A stretch of DNA of 64,000 nt from contig JBMYOQ010000002.1 in NCBI GenBank assembly GCA_049599475.1, positions 32,001 to 96,000 of the forward strand, given 5' to 3'. The position numbers and the translations under genes are program-made. This DNA is from Opitutales bacterium (GTDB lineage: Bacteria > Verrucomicrobiota > Verrucomicrobiia > Opitutales > JABSRG01). The notes under the pieces were generated by a model. It worked only from the letters and a program-made list of their open reading frames with translations, did not search any database and was not told the origin of the DNA. Position 1 is the stretch's first letter; every line of letters begins with the position of its first letter. Shown here piece by piece: positions 1 through 9,902 of this stretch.

Positions 1-1
1 T

Positions 2-1366
2 GCGGATGAATTGTATATCAATCCGCTGGGTGGGCTGATGTTACCGGGTCTCGCAACGGAGTCGCCTTATTTTGGAGAGGCGCTTGAGAAATTGGGCGTT
101 GGGGCTCAAGTGGTGCGAGTCGGCGATTATAAATCGGCCGTCGAACCGTTTATCGGGAGTGGTATGAGCGATGAAAGTCGTGAGCAGTCTCAGGGGATGA
201 TCGATGATGTCTGGTCTCGGATATCGGTTGAAATCGCCGAGGCCCGCGGGATAGACGTGAGTCTGTTGAACGATGTCATCACCTATGATCCGCTGGTATC
301 TGCCGACGAAGCCATGGCCGCAGGCCTTGTCGATGAGATGTTATACTATGATGCTGTATTGCAGAAGGTCGCTGAATCCGGAGCCTCCGATATGGACGGA
401 CGGACGTTTAAGCAAATTACGATTGAATCATATGCATCCGCCTTGTTGCAGCCGGAAGGGGGGCCGCTGGACAGCCTTGGGTCTGAGCCGTTGCCGTCGG
501 TAGCTGTGGTATACGCCGAGGGCGATATTGTCGATGGAGACGAGCTCGATCAAAACGTCCCTGGAGATTGGCTCGCGCGCCGCCTTCGCGATATCCGTTA
601 TGATGATTCTGTGAAAGCGCTGGTTCTCCGTGTAAACAGCCCCGGTGGGAGTGCTTATGCATCGGAGGTTATTTTGCGGGAGCTCGAGCTCTTGAACGAA
701 AAAATGCCTGTGGTCATTTCGATGGGGACCTTAGCGGCGTCAGGGGGCTATTGGATTTCTACCGCAAACGATCTCATCATGGCAGATCCCAACACCTTGA
801 CGGGCTCAATTGGGGTGTTCGGGATACTGTTCAACTTCCAGGAAATGACGAGTAAATGGGGCATCTATTTCGAAGGAGTAGAGACCCATCCTTACGGATC
901 CTTGTTTTCAGCTTTCGAAGAAAAGTCACCCGAGGCCCTGGCCCTTGTTCAGCAGGAGGTTGACGAAATCTACGAAGCTTTCTTAACGCGAGTCACCAAC
1001 ACAACGGGAATTGACGATCAAGAAGTCCTGAATGAAATCGCGGGTGGCCGTGTCTGGACAGGTGCGCAAGCCCTGGAACTCGGTCTCTTAGACAAGCTCG
1101 GAGGCCTCAACGATGCCATAGACGAAGCGCTTATCCTTGCCGATCTCACGACAGAAGATTACTCTCTCATAGAAATTCCTGGAGCCCAAACCCCGCAAGA
1201 GATGCTCGTAGAGATGCTCAGCGGAGGCACATCCGTCAAAGAATTCGGCATAGAGGACGCTCTCAGACCCAAGAATGAGACCATCTCCAAGGCCGTAGAA
1301 ACTCTCGACCGCCTCATGCAAATCCAAGGCATCCAGGCCCGCTCGCCCGTTGTTGGTCTGGAGTAG
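2..1366 (+). CDS. sppA: Signal peptide peptidase SppA (protease IV, 67K type), 5'-truncated by the window edge
   Basis: Motifs YKSAVEPF, LRVNSPGGSA, AASGGYWIS, TGSIGV and GRVWTG; the frame is open from the window start. Confidence 0.93.
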   Translation, partial: ADELYINPLGGLMLPGLATESPYFGEALEKLGVGAQVVRVGDYKSAVEPFIGSGMSDESREQSQGMIDDVWSRISVEIAEARGIDVSLLNDVITYDPLVSADEAMAAGLVDEMLYYDAVLQKVAESGASDMDGRTFKQITIESYASALLQPEGGPLDSLGSEPLPSVAVVYAEGDIVDGDELDQNVPGDWLARRLRDIRYDDSVKALVLRVNSPGGSAYASEVILRELELLNEKMPVVISMGTLAASGGYWISTANDLIMADPNTLTGSIGVFGILFNFQEMTSKWGIYFEGVETHPYGSLFSAFEEKSPEALALVQQEVDEIYEAFLTRVTNTTGIDDQEVLNEIAGGRVWTGAQALELGLLDKLGGLNDAIDEALILADLTTEDYSLIEIPGAQTPQEMLVEMLSGGTSVKEFGIEDALRPKNETISKAVETLDRLMQIQGIQARSPVVGLE

Positions 1367-1597
1367 GTTATTGGAAGGATGAAGGATGAAAGTTTCGTGG
1401 CGATTGAGTAGGGGCAGGGCAGAAGTGGCTTGGTCTCGTTTGTTTGCCTTGATGCCAGGCTCGAACCGCTGCGTTGTTGTGTCATCGTAATTGACGATAC
1501 GTCTTCTAGAGCATTCTGCGTTATTTCTGTCGCAAATTTCCTTTGACGTAAAAATGCGGATACGGTTCCGAGGAGCTTGCGACGACACGTCAAGCGA

Positions 1598-1664
1598 ATG
1601 CGCGAAGCCAATCCACCCTCCAAGGGCTTGGATTATTGATGGAGGGCGGATCTCCGCATCCGCC
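1598..1664. repeat. REP-like palindrome doublet
   Basis: GGAG followed by GGCGGAT-ctccgc-ATCCGCC (1641-1664); atccaccctcca (1611-1622) pairs with tggagggcggat (1640-1651). Confidence 0.55.
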
Positions 1665-1708
1665 AAGATCGGCGACTGATTATTTGCAGAATTTTCTAGG
1701 AAATTTTT

Positions 1709-1965
1709 ATGGTCAAGAGGGCAATCACACTTGTCTTCGTTTGATCTCGTTTTCAACCGTGGACCGACGAGAACGTCGTTCATTTACCATTTGTATAAGG
1801 GTAAATGCGAAACGAATTTGGACTGTAAGTTCGGTTCCTCGAGTCATCAGCCGATCGGCGCTTCCAAATCAGCTGTCGCTGCCCTCAAACGCTCGTTGAA
1901 AGAATATATAGCAAGAGGGACGCACTCTTGAGTCTCGAGCAGCCCCCATCTTCGCCCACTGTCAT
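1709..1965 (+). pseudogene. Possible degenerate REP-associated tyrosine transposase (RAYT) fragment
   Basis: Frameshifted pieces PWTDENVVH / FTICIR / VAALKRSLKEYIARG / PHLRPL loosely resemble a RAYT N-terminus and a decayed PDHLH motif; adjacent to the REP-like hairpin. Confidence 0.3.
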
Positions 1966-2111
1966 AGCCTAAGTAGATTGATGGGTTTTTCTAATAACTT
2001 GGCTTTATGTTATAAGCATTTTGAATTACGTTATTTTCATCCCCCATCCTTCATCCTTCATCCTTAAAAATCCTTGCCACTGTTCACTTTGTTCATTTTA
2101 TTTTGAACACA

Positions 2112-2363
2112 ATGAAGCGAGTGTTCGTATCTGGTTGCTATGACATTATTCACGCGGGACATATACAGTTCTTCCGTGAAGCGCGCTCGCTGGGCGACCA
2201 TTTGACTGTATGCTTTGCTTCAGATGGGGTGCTCTGGGAGCACAAAAACCGAAAATTTTCACTTCCTGAGGATCACAAGCGAGCCATTCTAAAGGAATCG
2301 GCGAAGAGAATGAAATCATGGATTCTTGGACTGACCCCTTTTTGCACAATTCAAACCTCATGA
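2112..2363 (+). pseudogene. Truncated cytidylyltransferase-like (TagD/RfaE-II family) gene
   Basis: MKRVFVSGCYDIIHAGH (HxGH motif); similarity is lost after about 60 codons. Confidence 0.75.
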
Positions 2364-2553
2364 CGCGACCCGCTACGCCGCCCTTTACTTTATGTCCTCA
2401 AAATATTTCAGATTCCACTTAGACACCAAGACTTTCGCCATCCCCTTCCGGGAAGACGACCATTCTCCTAGCATGACGAAAAGCGAGCCTGAAGAAGATA
2501 AAAGGTGCGCGATAGAGGTGAGGTTTGAAGCCCGATTTTGTTTCTGAAATACT

Positions 2554-3135
2554 ATGATTTCTATAGAAGAGCTTTCTCCATATAAATTTGTGATTTTCGA
2601 CTATGATTCAACAATTGCGAAAATACCCATTGATTGGCCAAAGGCTAGGTTAAGGTTCCGAGAATATTTGCAGGACCTAATTCCTGGCTTAAGCATACCA
2701 CAAAATTCTAGGGTCGATGAAATGGAATTATTGGCCTTGAAAGCCTTTCCTAATATGAAAGATAGTATATTTATGTTTCGATTAGAGCTGGAAACCCAAC
2801 TCGATGGTAAGCACGAAGGAATAAAAAATACAATCGAGCTCATTCGCGATCTTGCTGTTACTGAGACAAAGGAATTGTTGATCGTGAGCAATAATTTACG
2901 ACGGACGGTTGTGTCCGGGCTTTCACAGTTCTCGCTGAATGATTGTTTTAGCGCGGTTTTTGGAGTCGATGATGTCGGTTTTCCCAAACCGTCAACGGAT
3001 TCATTTTGTCTAATTGAACAAGTTTATGATGTATTGCCATCTGAATGCATTTTTATCGGCGACAATGATCGAACCGACGGCGGTTTCGCGGGTAAGATAG
3101 GTATGGGTTTTTATAATATTACGCATCTGAATTAA
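2554..3135 (+). CDS. HAD-superfamily hydrolase/phosphatase
   Basis: IFDYDST motif I, KP motif III, IGDNDRTD motif IV. Confidence 0.85.
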   Translation: MISIEELSPYKFVIFDYDSTIAKIPIDWPKARLRFREYLQDLIPGLSIPQNSRVDEMELLALKAFPNMKDSIFMFRLELETQLDGKHEGIKNTIELIRDLAVTETKELLIVSNNLRRTVVSGLSQFSLNDCFSAVFGVDDVGFPKPSTDSFCLIEQVYDVLPSECIFIGDNDRTDGGFAGKIGMGFYNITHLN

Positions 3136-3151
3136 TAGACGAAAGCATCTT

Positions 3152-4780
3152 ATGAAATTACCGAAACTGTTGGACTGTACGCTTCGTGATGGCGGCTACA
3201 TCAATAATTGGAATTTTTCTCTTCATTTTGGTGAAGCTCTGTATCGAGCTGTTTCCCAGAGTGGTTGCGATTTTATCGAGGCTGGTTTTTTTGAGCCCGG
3301 TGCAGAGGCTGGACTTCCCTGGGTAAATTTGGGAAAGGGTGATTTACTACGGCTCCAAGATCGTGTGCCAGGAGGCTGTGAAATCGCAGTGATGATTAAC
3401 TATGGCTCCGTCAATATAGAGGATGTGCCAACGGCATCAAACTACCCTGCGCAAATGATTCGGGTTGCTGCGCCAAAGAACAAAGCAGAAGAGGGGACAA
3501 TTTTTGCAGCTAAGCTTTCGCAGCTAGGCTATAAAACAACGATAAATTATATGGGAGTTAGTAATTATACCAACCAAGAGATACTTGGATTGGTAAATCT
3601 GATGAATCAATATACAGATCAGATTGATTACTTCTATGTCGCAGATAGTTTTGGCAGCCTTTTTCCAAAGCGTACAAAGGAAATCTTCACAACTCTTCGA
3701 TTTGGGACCGCAGCGAAGCTGGGATTCCATCCTCACAATAACCTTCAAATGGCATTCGCTAATTGTCTGGAGGCAATCGAAGCGGGAGTCGATATTATTG
3801 ATAGTTCAGTTTTTGGAATGGGTCGAGGTGCTGGGAATCTTTTTACAGATGCTATTCTCGCATATTTTGAGAAGGAGGAGCCTGATCGTTTTCATCTACT
3901 GCCGATACTTCAGTTTGCAGATCTTTATATGGAAGAGCTGAAAAAGACTTATAGCTGGGGATATTCATTACCTCAGCTCTTGTCGGGCATTATTTCGTGT
4001 CATCCAAATTTCCCGACGAATTTGCTTCGAGAGAAGGCATATACAGCAGATGATATTTACCGAATTCTTCAACACTTGCCAGAGGGAGAGACGTCTCGTT
4101 TTTCCCATCAAATGTTACAAGAAATAAAAGCTGAACATACCCATGCACAGACCGCGTTAGGAGTTACTAAGATCTCGCAAAAGTTGCGCGACGAAGTAAT
4201 CAATAAAAAGAGAAAAGCGTTGTTGATTTGTGGAGGGCCAAGTGTTGTCAAAGAGCTACCGCGTATCGAAACTTTTATTGCCGATAATGCGCCTACGGTA
4301 TTCTCAGTTAATAATCCTGTCACTCCGGTTTCTGTTGACGGGGTGATATTTTGTAATCGAAGACGCCTCTTGCAGTATTATGATGCCATTCCTTCTTCGG
4401 TTATGGTAGTTTTCGGTCCTGAAATACATGAAAACGCAAAGCTGGATTTCGATATCAGCGAGATCACACAAATTAACCCTGTTGAATTTCTACGTGAACT
4501 CAAATTTCAACTTGAAGGCGACCCTACTAACTCAGCGATCGTATCAGTTCTAGGCCTTTTACAGGTTGGATTTAAAGAGATATACATATGTGGTTTAGAT
4601 GGTTACGGTAATGAAGAAAACTATTACTATAATGAAGCGGACCAACTCTTGGGTGAGGAGGAGAAAGATGCTGAGAATCATAAAATTTTGAAACAGGTTC
4701 AGATGTTAAGCGGGCTCAAGAAGCTCATCGATTTTAAATTCGTGAGCATTACTGAGAGCCGGTTCTTCAGTAACCAATAA
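3152..4780 (+). CDS. DRE-TIM metallolyase (4-hydroxy-2-oxovalerate aldolase/HMGL-like) fused to a C-terminal DUF115/MptE-like domain
   Basis: LDCTLRDGGY, GFHPHNN and GMGRGAGN; C-terminal ICGGPSV...IYICGLDGY. Confidence 0.85.
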   Translation: MKLPKLLDCTLRDGGYINNWNFSLHFGEALYRAVSQSGCDFIEAGFFEPGAEAGLPWVNLGKGDLLRLQDRVPGGCEIAVMINYGSVNIEDVPTASNYPAQMIRVAAPKNKAEEGTIFAAKLSQLGYKTTINYMGVSNYTNQEILGLVNLMNQYTDQIDYFYVADSFGSLFPKRTKEIFTTLRFGTAAKLGFHPHNNLQMAFANCLEAIEAGVDIIDSSVFGMGRGAGNLFTDAILAYFEKEEPDRFHLLPILQFADLYMEELKKTYSWGYSLPQLLSGIISCHPNFPTNLLREKAYTADDIYRILQHLPEGETSRFSHQMLQEIKAEHTHAQTALGVTKISQKLRDEVINKKRKALLICGGPSVVKELPRIETFIADNAPTVFSVNNPVTPVSVDGVIFCNRRRLLQYYDAIPSSVMVVFGPEIHENAKLDFDISEITQINPVEFLRELKFQLEGDPTNSAIVSVLGLLQVGFKEIYICGLDGYGNEENYYYNEADQLLGEEEKDAENHKILKQVQMLSGLKKLIDFKFVSITESRFFSNQ

Positions 4781-4794
4781 GATTGGAGGATTCC

Positions 4795-5538
4795 ATGAGC
4801 ACAAAGAAAGACCTCTCAGTAATTCTTCCGATGAGAAAAGGTAGTGAAAGGGTTCCGAATAAAAATACCAAACCTTTTGCCGGAATTCCATTTGGTCTGG
4901 CGGAGCTTAAACTTTCTCAGTTGTTGCAGCTAGCGAGCGTTGATCAGATAATTATTGATACGAATGAACCTCGGATTAGCGAAATTGTCGAAAATCTTAA
5001 TTTTCCACATAAATCGAAAAAAAGAATACGTATAGAGGAGAGAGATCCTGCTTTTGCAGGTAATGAGGTCACTACCGATTCGCTTATAGCATATCTTGGC
5101 CAAAAAATCGAAACGACTCATGCGCTGTGGACACACACAACTTCACCTTTTGTTGATAGCAGTGTTTATCATCGTGCTATTGATCAATATTTTAGTCGAG
5201 ACCCGATCCAGAATGATTCTTTAATGTCAGTTACTCGGCTTCAGGAGTTTATTTGGGATGAGACTGGACCTAAGAATTACGATTATTCGGTCAGCAAGTG
5301 GCCCCGCACTCAGACTTTGCCACCATGGTACTTTATCAATAGCGCCATCTTTTGTTGCCCAACTGAATATTATGTGAGTTCGTCTAATCGGATAGGGTCA
5401 AATCCAATATTATTCGAAATGGATAAGATTGTTGGTTTCGATGTGGATTGGCCTATTGATTTCGAGATTGCTGAATTGATCTACAAAGCGTCTTCGCAAA
5501 GTTCTGACCTCTACTCGAAATCCCAGGAATCGTTGTGA
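4795..5538 (+). CDS. Acylneuraminate/ulosonate cytidylyltransferase (NeuA family)
   Basis: PMRKGSERVPNKN, HTTSPF, RTQTLP and DVDWPIDF; GGAGG RBS upstream. Confidence 0.9.
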   Translation: MSTKKDLSVILPMRKGSERVPNKNTKPFAGIPFGLAELKLSQLLQLASVDQIIIDTNEPRISEIVENLNFPHKSKKRIRIEERDPAFAGNEVTTDSLIAYLGQKIETTHALWTHTTSPFVDSSVYHRAIDQYFSRDPIQNDSLMSVTRLQEFIWDETGPKNYDYSVSKWPRTQTLPPWYFINSAIFCCPTEYYVSSSNRIGSNPILFEMDKIVGFDVDWPIDFEIAELIYKASSQSSDLYSKSQESL

Positions 5539-5544
5539 TTTCTT

Positions 5545-6993
5545 ATGCTGACAGGAAAATTAGCTAAGGTTTGGAATTCCCCTGTTTTGACAACCTGGGC
5601 GAGCCTGCTGGCACAGTCGCTGAGCTTGGTTGTTGTGATTCCCGTCATTATCACGCGTCTGACAGTTGAAGATGTTGCACTGTATTATGTACTGGTAACC
5701 TTAATAACCTTTCAGGCTGTCTTAAACGTCGGGTTCACGCCCACATTCACCCGACTAGTTGGTTTCGCGATGGCGGGTTTGCCACCTGAAAGAATGGCGG
5801 ATTTAAATTCGCTTCCCAGTTCTTTGGAAAAAAAAGATTTAGAGGATGATGCAGTTCAGAAATCTTTGGGGCGTGTCGTTTCAACTATCAGGGTTGTTCA
5901 TAAATGGATCGCATTTTTGGCGCTCGTGCCTTTTGCAATCCTGGCCGCATTTTTTGCAGCAGAGCCTATAGCAAATAGCAGTTCCTTGGCTGACGGATGG
6001 ATCGCCTTATTTATAGTGGTGTTAGTAACCTTGTTCAAAGTATTTGGCTCGCAATTTGAAAGCGTCCTCAGGGGAAGTGGTCAGATCGCGTTAGTCTCCC
6101 GCTGGCAGGCAGTTTCCAATTTTGCATCTATATTAACCATCCTATTGGTTTTGTATCTTTCGCCTTCAGTCGTATCAGTCATTGTCGCTCATCAAAGTTG
6201 GCAAGTATTTAATGTTTTAAGGAATTGGATCTTGTGCAGGAGATGGTTGAAGAGGTATTCGATTGATGCTTCTCAGAAATTTGATCGCGTGGTCTTCGAT
6301 GTGTCCTGGCCTCGTGCCTGGCGATCGGGTCTTGGGGTTTTCGCCAACAATGGTGTGATTCAACTATTAGCTTTGGATTATGCTAAAAATACGGATTCTG
6401 AAACAGCAGCTACTTATCTCTTGGCGGTTCGGATCGTGACGGCTATTGACCAATTTTCGATGGCGCCGTTTTACACTAAGCTGCCCATTATGAATCGCGT
6501 GAGGGCATCTGGCGATTTGAAAGGCCATAGCGATCTCGCGCAATCTGGTATGCTCATCACAAATTGCATCTTTGTTCTGGGTATTCTAACTGTGGCCGTT
6601 TTAGGAAATCGTCTTCTATTGTTAATTGATGCTTCCGTTATGCTTCCAAGTGCTACGATTTGGGTCGGTATAGCATCGGTATTTTGGTTAAACCGCTACA
6701 GTGCGATGCACATTCAGAATTACTCGGTTACCAACCATATCGTCTGGCATTGGTTAAATGGTATATCTGGTCTTATTGCGCTCTTAGTATATTTTTTGAT
6801 GAGTGAAGCAAGTTTGGGCCTTTACACGATTCCTTTTGCTATGCTGTGCGGTGGGCTTTTTAACGCTTCATTAAGCCTATATTTTAGTCAAAAAGTAATT
6901 TTTGGATCTCTTCTCTCATTCGAGGCTCGTGCGACAGGACCGTCACTGCTATTATTTTTGTTAATTGCTCCTATAGTTGTTTTACTCCAATGA
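5545..6993 (+). CDS. Wzx-like polysaccharide flippase
   Basis: Many hydrophobic helices, MOP-family-like N-terminus, polysaccharide cluster context. Confidence 0.75.
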   Translation: MLTGKLAKVWNSPVLTTWASLLAQSLSLVVVIPVIITRLTVEDVALYYVLVTLITFQAVLNVGFTPTFTRLVGFAMAGLPPERMADLNSLPSSLEKKDLEDDAVQKSLGRVVSTIRVVHKWIAFLALVPFAILAAFFAAEPIANSSSLADGWIALFIVVLVTLFKVFGSQFESVLRGSGQIALVSRWQAVSNFASILTILLVLYLSPSVVSVIVAHQSWQVFNVLRNWILCRRWLKRYSIDASQKFDRVVFDVSWPRAWRSGLGVFANNGVIQLLALDYAKNTDSETAATYLLAVRIVTAIDQFSMAPFYTKLPIMNRVRASGDLKGHSDLAQSGMLITNCIFVLGILTVAVLGNRLLLLIDASVMLPSATIWVGIASVFWLNRYSAMHIQNYSVTNHIVWHWLNGISGLIALLVYFLMSEASLGLYTIPFAMLCGGLFNASLSLYFSQKVIFGSLLSFEARATGPSLLLFLLIAPIVVLLQ

Positions 6994-7718
6994 AAAAGCC
7001 AGCCCTTCTCATCGGTAGCGGTCCGTCTGTGGATAAAATCGATCCAAAGTATTTTGATCATTTCGAAACTTACGGATGTAATTCTATTTTTAAGAAATTT
7101 GAAGAATGGGGGAGGCCGGTCGACAATGTTGTAATAACTGATAGCAAGCGCATGCAGGATATTGGTGATGCTTATAAAAATTATGAAGGCAGGCTGTTTA
7201 TTGGGGATCAGCGATATGTGATGCCTCCCTATAAAAAATATAAGCGCCTACTTGGTCGAGACTTCATCCCTTTGAAGCAATTAACGAAAAATACATTTCC
7301 AGAAAATTGGCTCACCAGACTCATACCTTTTTCAAAATATCTATCAAGCACTGTATTTCAAAAGTGGAACATGACTTTTGATTACGAAAGGGGCCTGAAT
7401 TTTGGTAGAAGTGTCTCTTGTGCAATGGTACAAATTGCGGCTATTGAAGGTCACAAAATAATCGCACTTACGGGGGTCGATGCAAATTACGATAATCCTA
7501 AAAGTTATTTTTCAGATGTGGCAGAAACAGTTTCCCACGTGAATGTTCCATTTGTCTCAAACCCAAGACTGATGATGGAGCCATTTTTTGTAATGGCTCA
7601 AATACTACTCGAGCCTGATGGGATACGGCTCATTGATTGCACGCCTGGAGGGAAATTGAAATTTATTGAAAAGTCTGAACTTAATCAATTGTTAGGCGTT
7701 GTAGGCGCTAATTCTTAG
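6990..7718 (+). CDS. DUF115/Maf/CstII-like protein, candidate ulosonic acid glycosyltransferase
   Basis: MKKPALLIGSGPSVDKID...GCN and LTGVD motifs resemble CstII (GT42)/Maf-type proteins. Confidence 0.6.
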   Translation: MKKPALLIGSGPSVDKIDPKYFDHFETYGCNSIFKKFEEWGRPVDNVVITDSKRMQDIGDAYKNYEGRLFIGDQRYVMPPYKKYKRLLGRDFIPLKQLTKNTFPENWLTRLIPFSKYLSSTVFQKWNMTFDYERGLNFGRSVSCAMVQIAAIEGHKIIALTGVDANYDNPKSYFSDVAETVSHVNVPFVSNPRLMMEPFFVMAQILLEPDGIRLIDCTPGGKLKFIEKSELNQLLGVVGANS

Positions 7719-7753
7719 TATCGTATTCCCAATAGTATCTAAAAATTATTTAT

Positions 7754-9067
7754 ATGATTAATAATTTGGCTATAAAGGTTGTCGGTATTTGCGCTGCGAC
7801 CTTTCTCATGTTTTTGCCCCATCATCACACGATGAGGCTTATTACTTCTAATGAAATAGTCTTTGGGTGGATCGAACTTTTGCAGTTTGTTTCAATGTGT
7901 TGTATAGGAATTCATTTCCTTTTTATTACGGATCGATTCTGGAAGAAGGTAATTGTTGTGTACATTTTTTCTTGTTTTCTCGTTCTCAGTTCAGTCAATC
8001 TGGAGTCTTTGTTTCTTTCTTTGAGGGGATTTATGCGAGTTGTCGGAGTTTTTGCTCCTATGCTTGTGTTGCCGTTTCTTGTTACTGAGCACTGTGAACG
8101 TAATTCTAAGTTGTTCCGGTTGTTTTATACCTGTTTTACGATAAATGTTATTTTTATCAGTTTATGGCTATTGGTTGAAGCTAGCTTGGGGTTAGGGGGG
8201 AAGTTTCACAAAGACCTTCTTGTTGATTGGGCGTATACAAGAGGTTTTACTCGTAGAGCATTTTATGCATTTGATTCACCAATGGTGGCTGGTCAATGGA
8301 TGTGGATGTTCGGTTGTTTGTTGATTTTTTTAATATTTCCCTACGTGAAAAATCGAATACACTCTTTGCTTGTACTTTCTGCGGGCTTTCTTTCTTTCTT
8401 CGCAACTTTTCCAACTATCAGTCGAGGTCCGTGGATACTCGTAGCTATTTCTGTTGTTTGCTACTTTTTAATCAACCTACAGCGAGGAGTTAAAAGCCTT
8501 GTATACATTATTTTTCTCGGGGCCGCGATTTGTTTATCTAGTTTAGTTTTTGCGAGTATGAACGCGGATATTCGAGACTCAGTAATGTTATATGTGGATG
8601 ATTTATTCGATACAGATGAACGTGCAAATGAGGGCAGGTTATATGTAATGTCAGTGGGAGCTCGTGCGATTTATGATGCGCTGCCATTCGGGTATGGATT
8701 AAGCCAATTCGCAATCGGATCAGGAGAGTCATCGCTAGATATCAATAATTTTGAGAACACATATTTGAATTATATGGTGAATCTGGGACTCGCAGGTTTT
8801 TATTTTGCTTTAGTTGTTATAGCTATTTTTTTATCGACGATTGTGCGTGGAGCGCATTTTATTTTTGTACGGCGGCTACGTGATCCGGTGGTGGATTCGG
8901 CTTTCGTTATGTCTTTGGCGCTGTTTCTTTACACTTTCGCGTCTCCGTTGTGTGCGAGCCGTGCAGGTTCTATGGTTCTTTCGCTAGTGCTGATTATTGG
9001 AGTGTATGCAAATTTACGCATCAACATAATGACTAAAAAAAGGTATGATTTGGGAGATCGATTATGA
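7754..9067 (+). CDS. Wzy-like polymerase / O-antigen ligase family membrane protein
   Basis: Multi-TM; TISRGPW, PFGYG and ENTYL...LG Wzy_C-like motifs; AT-rich. Confidence 0.75.
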   Translation: MINNLAIKVVGICAATFLMFLPHHHTMRLITSNEIVFGWIELLQFVSMCCIGIHFLFITDRFWKKVIVVYIFSCFLVLSSVNLESLFLSLRGFMRVVGVFAPMLVLPFLVTEHCERNSKLFRLFYTCFTINVIFISLWLLVEASLGLGGKFHKDLLVDWAYTRGFTRRAFYAFDSPMVAGQWMWMFGCLLIFLIFPYVKNRIHSLLVLSAGFLSFFATFPTISRGPWILVAISVVCYFLINLQRGVKSLVYIIFLGAAICLSSLVFASMNADIRDSVMLYVDDLFDTDERANEGRLYVMSVGARAIYDALPFGYGLSQFAIGSGESSLDINNFENTYLNYMVNLGLAGFYFALVVIAIFLSTIVRGAHFIFVRRLRDPVVDSAFVMSLALFLYTFASPLCASRAGSMVLSLVLIIGVYANLRINIMTKKRYDLGDRL

Positions 9068-9900
9068 AGATATCTAACTGCGATATATTTGTTCACGTCC
9101 CAAAGGCAGCTGGTACAACTGTACACAGTATTTTTGAAAAAAATTATAGTCCTTTAAGACAATTTTCATTTCGGGCGCCGCGGGAGCAGGCGCTCGAAAG
9201 ATTCCAGAGATTGTCTCAAGAAAGCAGGGACAGATTTCAGATGGTCAAAGGGCACTGTGGCTATGGAATTCATAATTTTATCAATTCCAAAGTTCGCTAT
9301 GTCACTTTTTTAAGGGACCCTGTAAAACGTGTTATATCTGAATATTACTACGTAAAACGTCATCCGCGCCCCTCAAACCACGCGTTACTGAACCGGGAAG
9401 ATATTTCTCTACGCGATTATGTCGAAGCGGGGATATACACGGACAATATGCATCTGCGGTTTTTGACGTTTATGCGTTTGGAAGACGCGCCCGAAGGGCC
9501 CGCAAAAGAAGAATGGCTTGAGCCCGCAAAAAAGCTGCTGGAAGAAAGGTTTGAGTCTATAGGCATCGTGGAGCGTTTTGATGAAAGCATGCTCTTGATG
9601 GCGCAGGATTTAGACCTGAGCGATGTCACTTATATTCGTCAAAATTCTAGAAAGGAAAGCGCTGAGGAGACAGACGAAGTTAAATGCTTAATTCGAGAGA
9701 AAGAGAGTTTAGACATTCAATTGTATGACTTTGCTCTTAATATATTTGAATCGAGATGGAGCGATTATTTGAAAAAGAATTCCGATGCACTCATGCGCTT
9801 TCAATGTGAGAATAAGAGAAAGATTTTTAAAAGAAAAATATTAGACAGAATGACTTATTACACTTGTAGAAGTATTTGGAAGCTTAGGGGGTATTGGTGA
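9064..9900 (+). CDS. Sulfotransferase (family 2-like)
   Basis: HVPKAAGTT (5'-PSB) and FLRDPVKRVISEYYY (3'-PB). Confidence 0.88.
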   Translation: MKISNCDIFVHVPKAAGTTVHSIFEKNYSPLRQFSFRAPREQALERFQRLSQESRDRFQMVKGHCGYGIHNFINSKVRYVTFLRDPVKRVISEYYYVKRHPRPSNHALLNREDISLRDYVEAGIYTDNMHLRFLTFMRLEDAPEGPAKEEWLEPAKKLLEERFESIGIVERFDESMLLMAQDLDLSDVTYIRQNSRKESAEETDEVKCLIREKESLDIQLYDFALNIFESRWSDYLKKNSDALMRFQCENKRKIFKRKILDRMTYYTCRSIWKLRGYW

Positions 9901-9902
9901 GC

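Larger units (their letters stand above)
1375..2065. repeat. Perfect 16-bp inverted repeat pair built from a 7-mer (AGGATGA), bounding a ~660 bp decayed segment
   Basis: aaggatgaaggatgaa at 1375-1390; ttcatccttcatcctt at 2050-2065. Confidence 0.75.

Noticed and set aside
1088..1783. 231-aa minus-strand ORF, and similar antisense or overlapping ORFs throughout the track (e.g. 46590-47180, 51013-51624)
   Set aside because: Shadow frames of real genes or repeats, with no recognisable motifs
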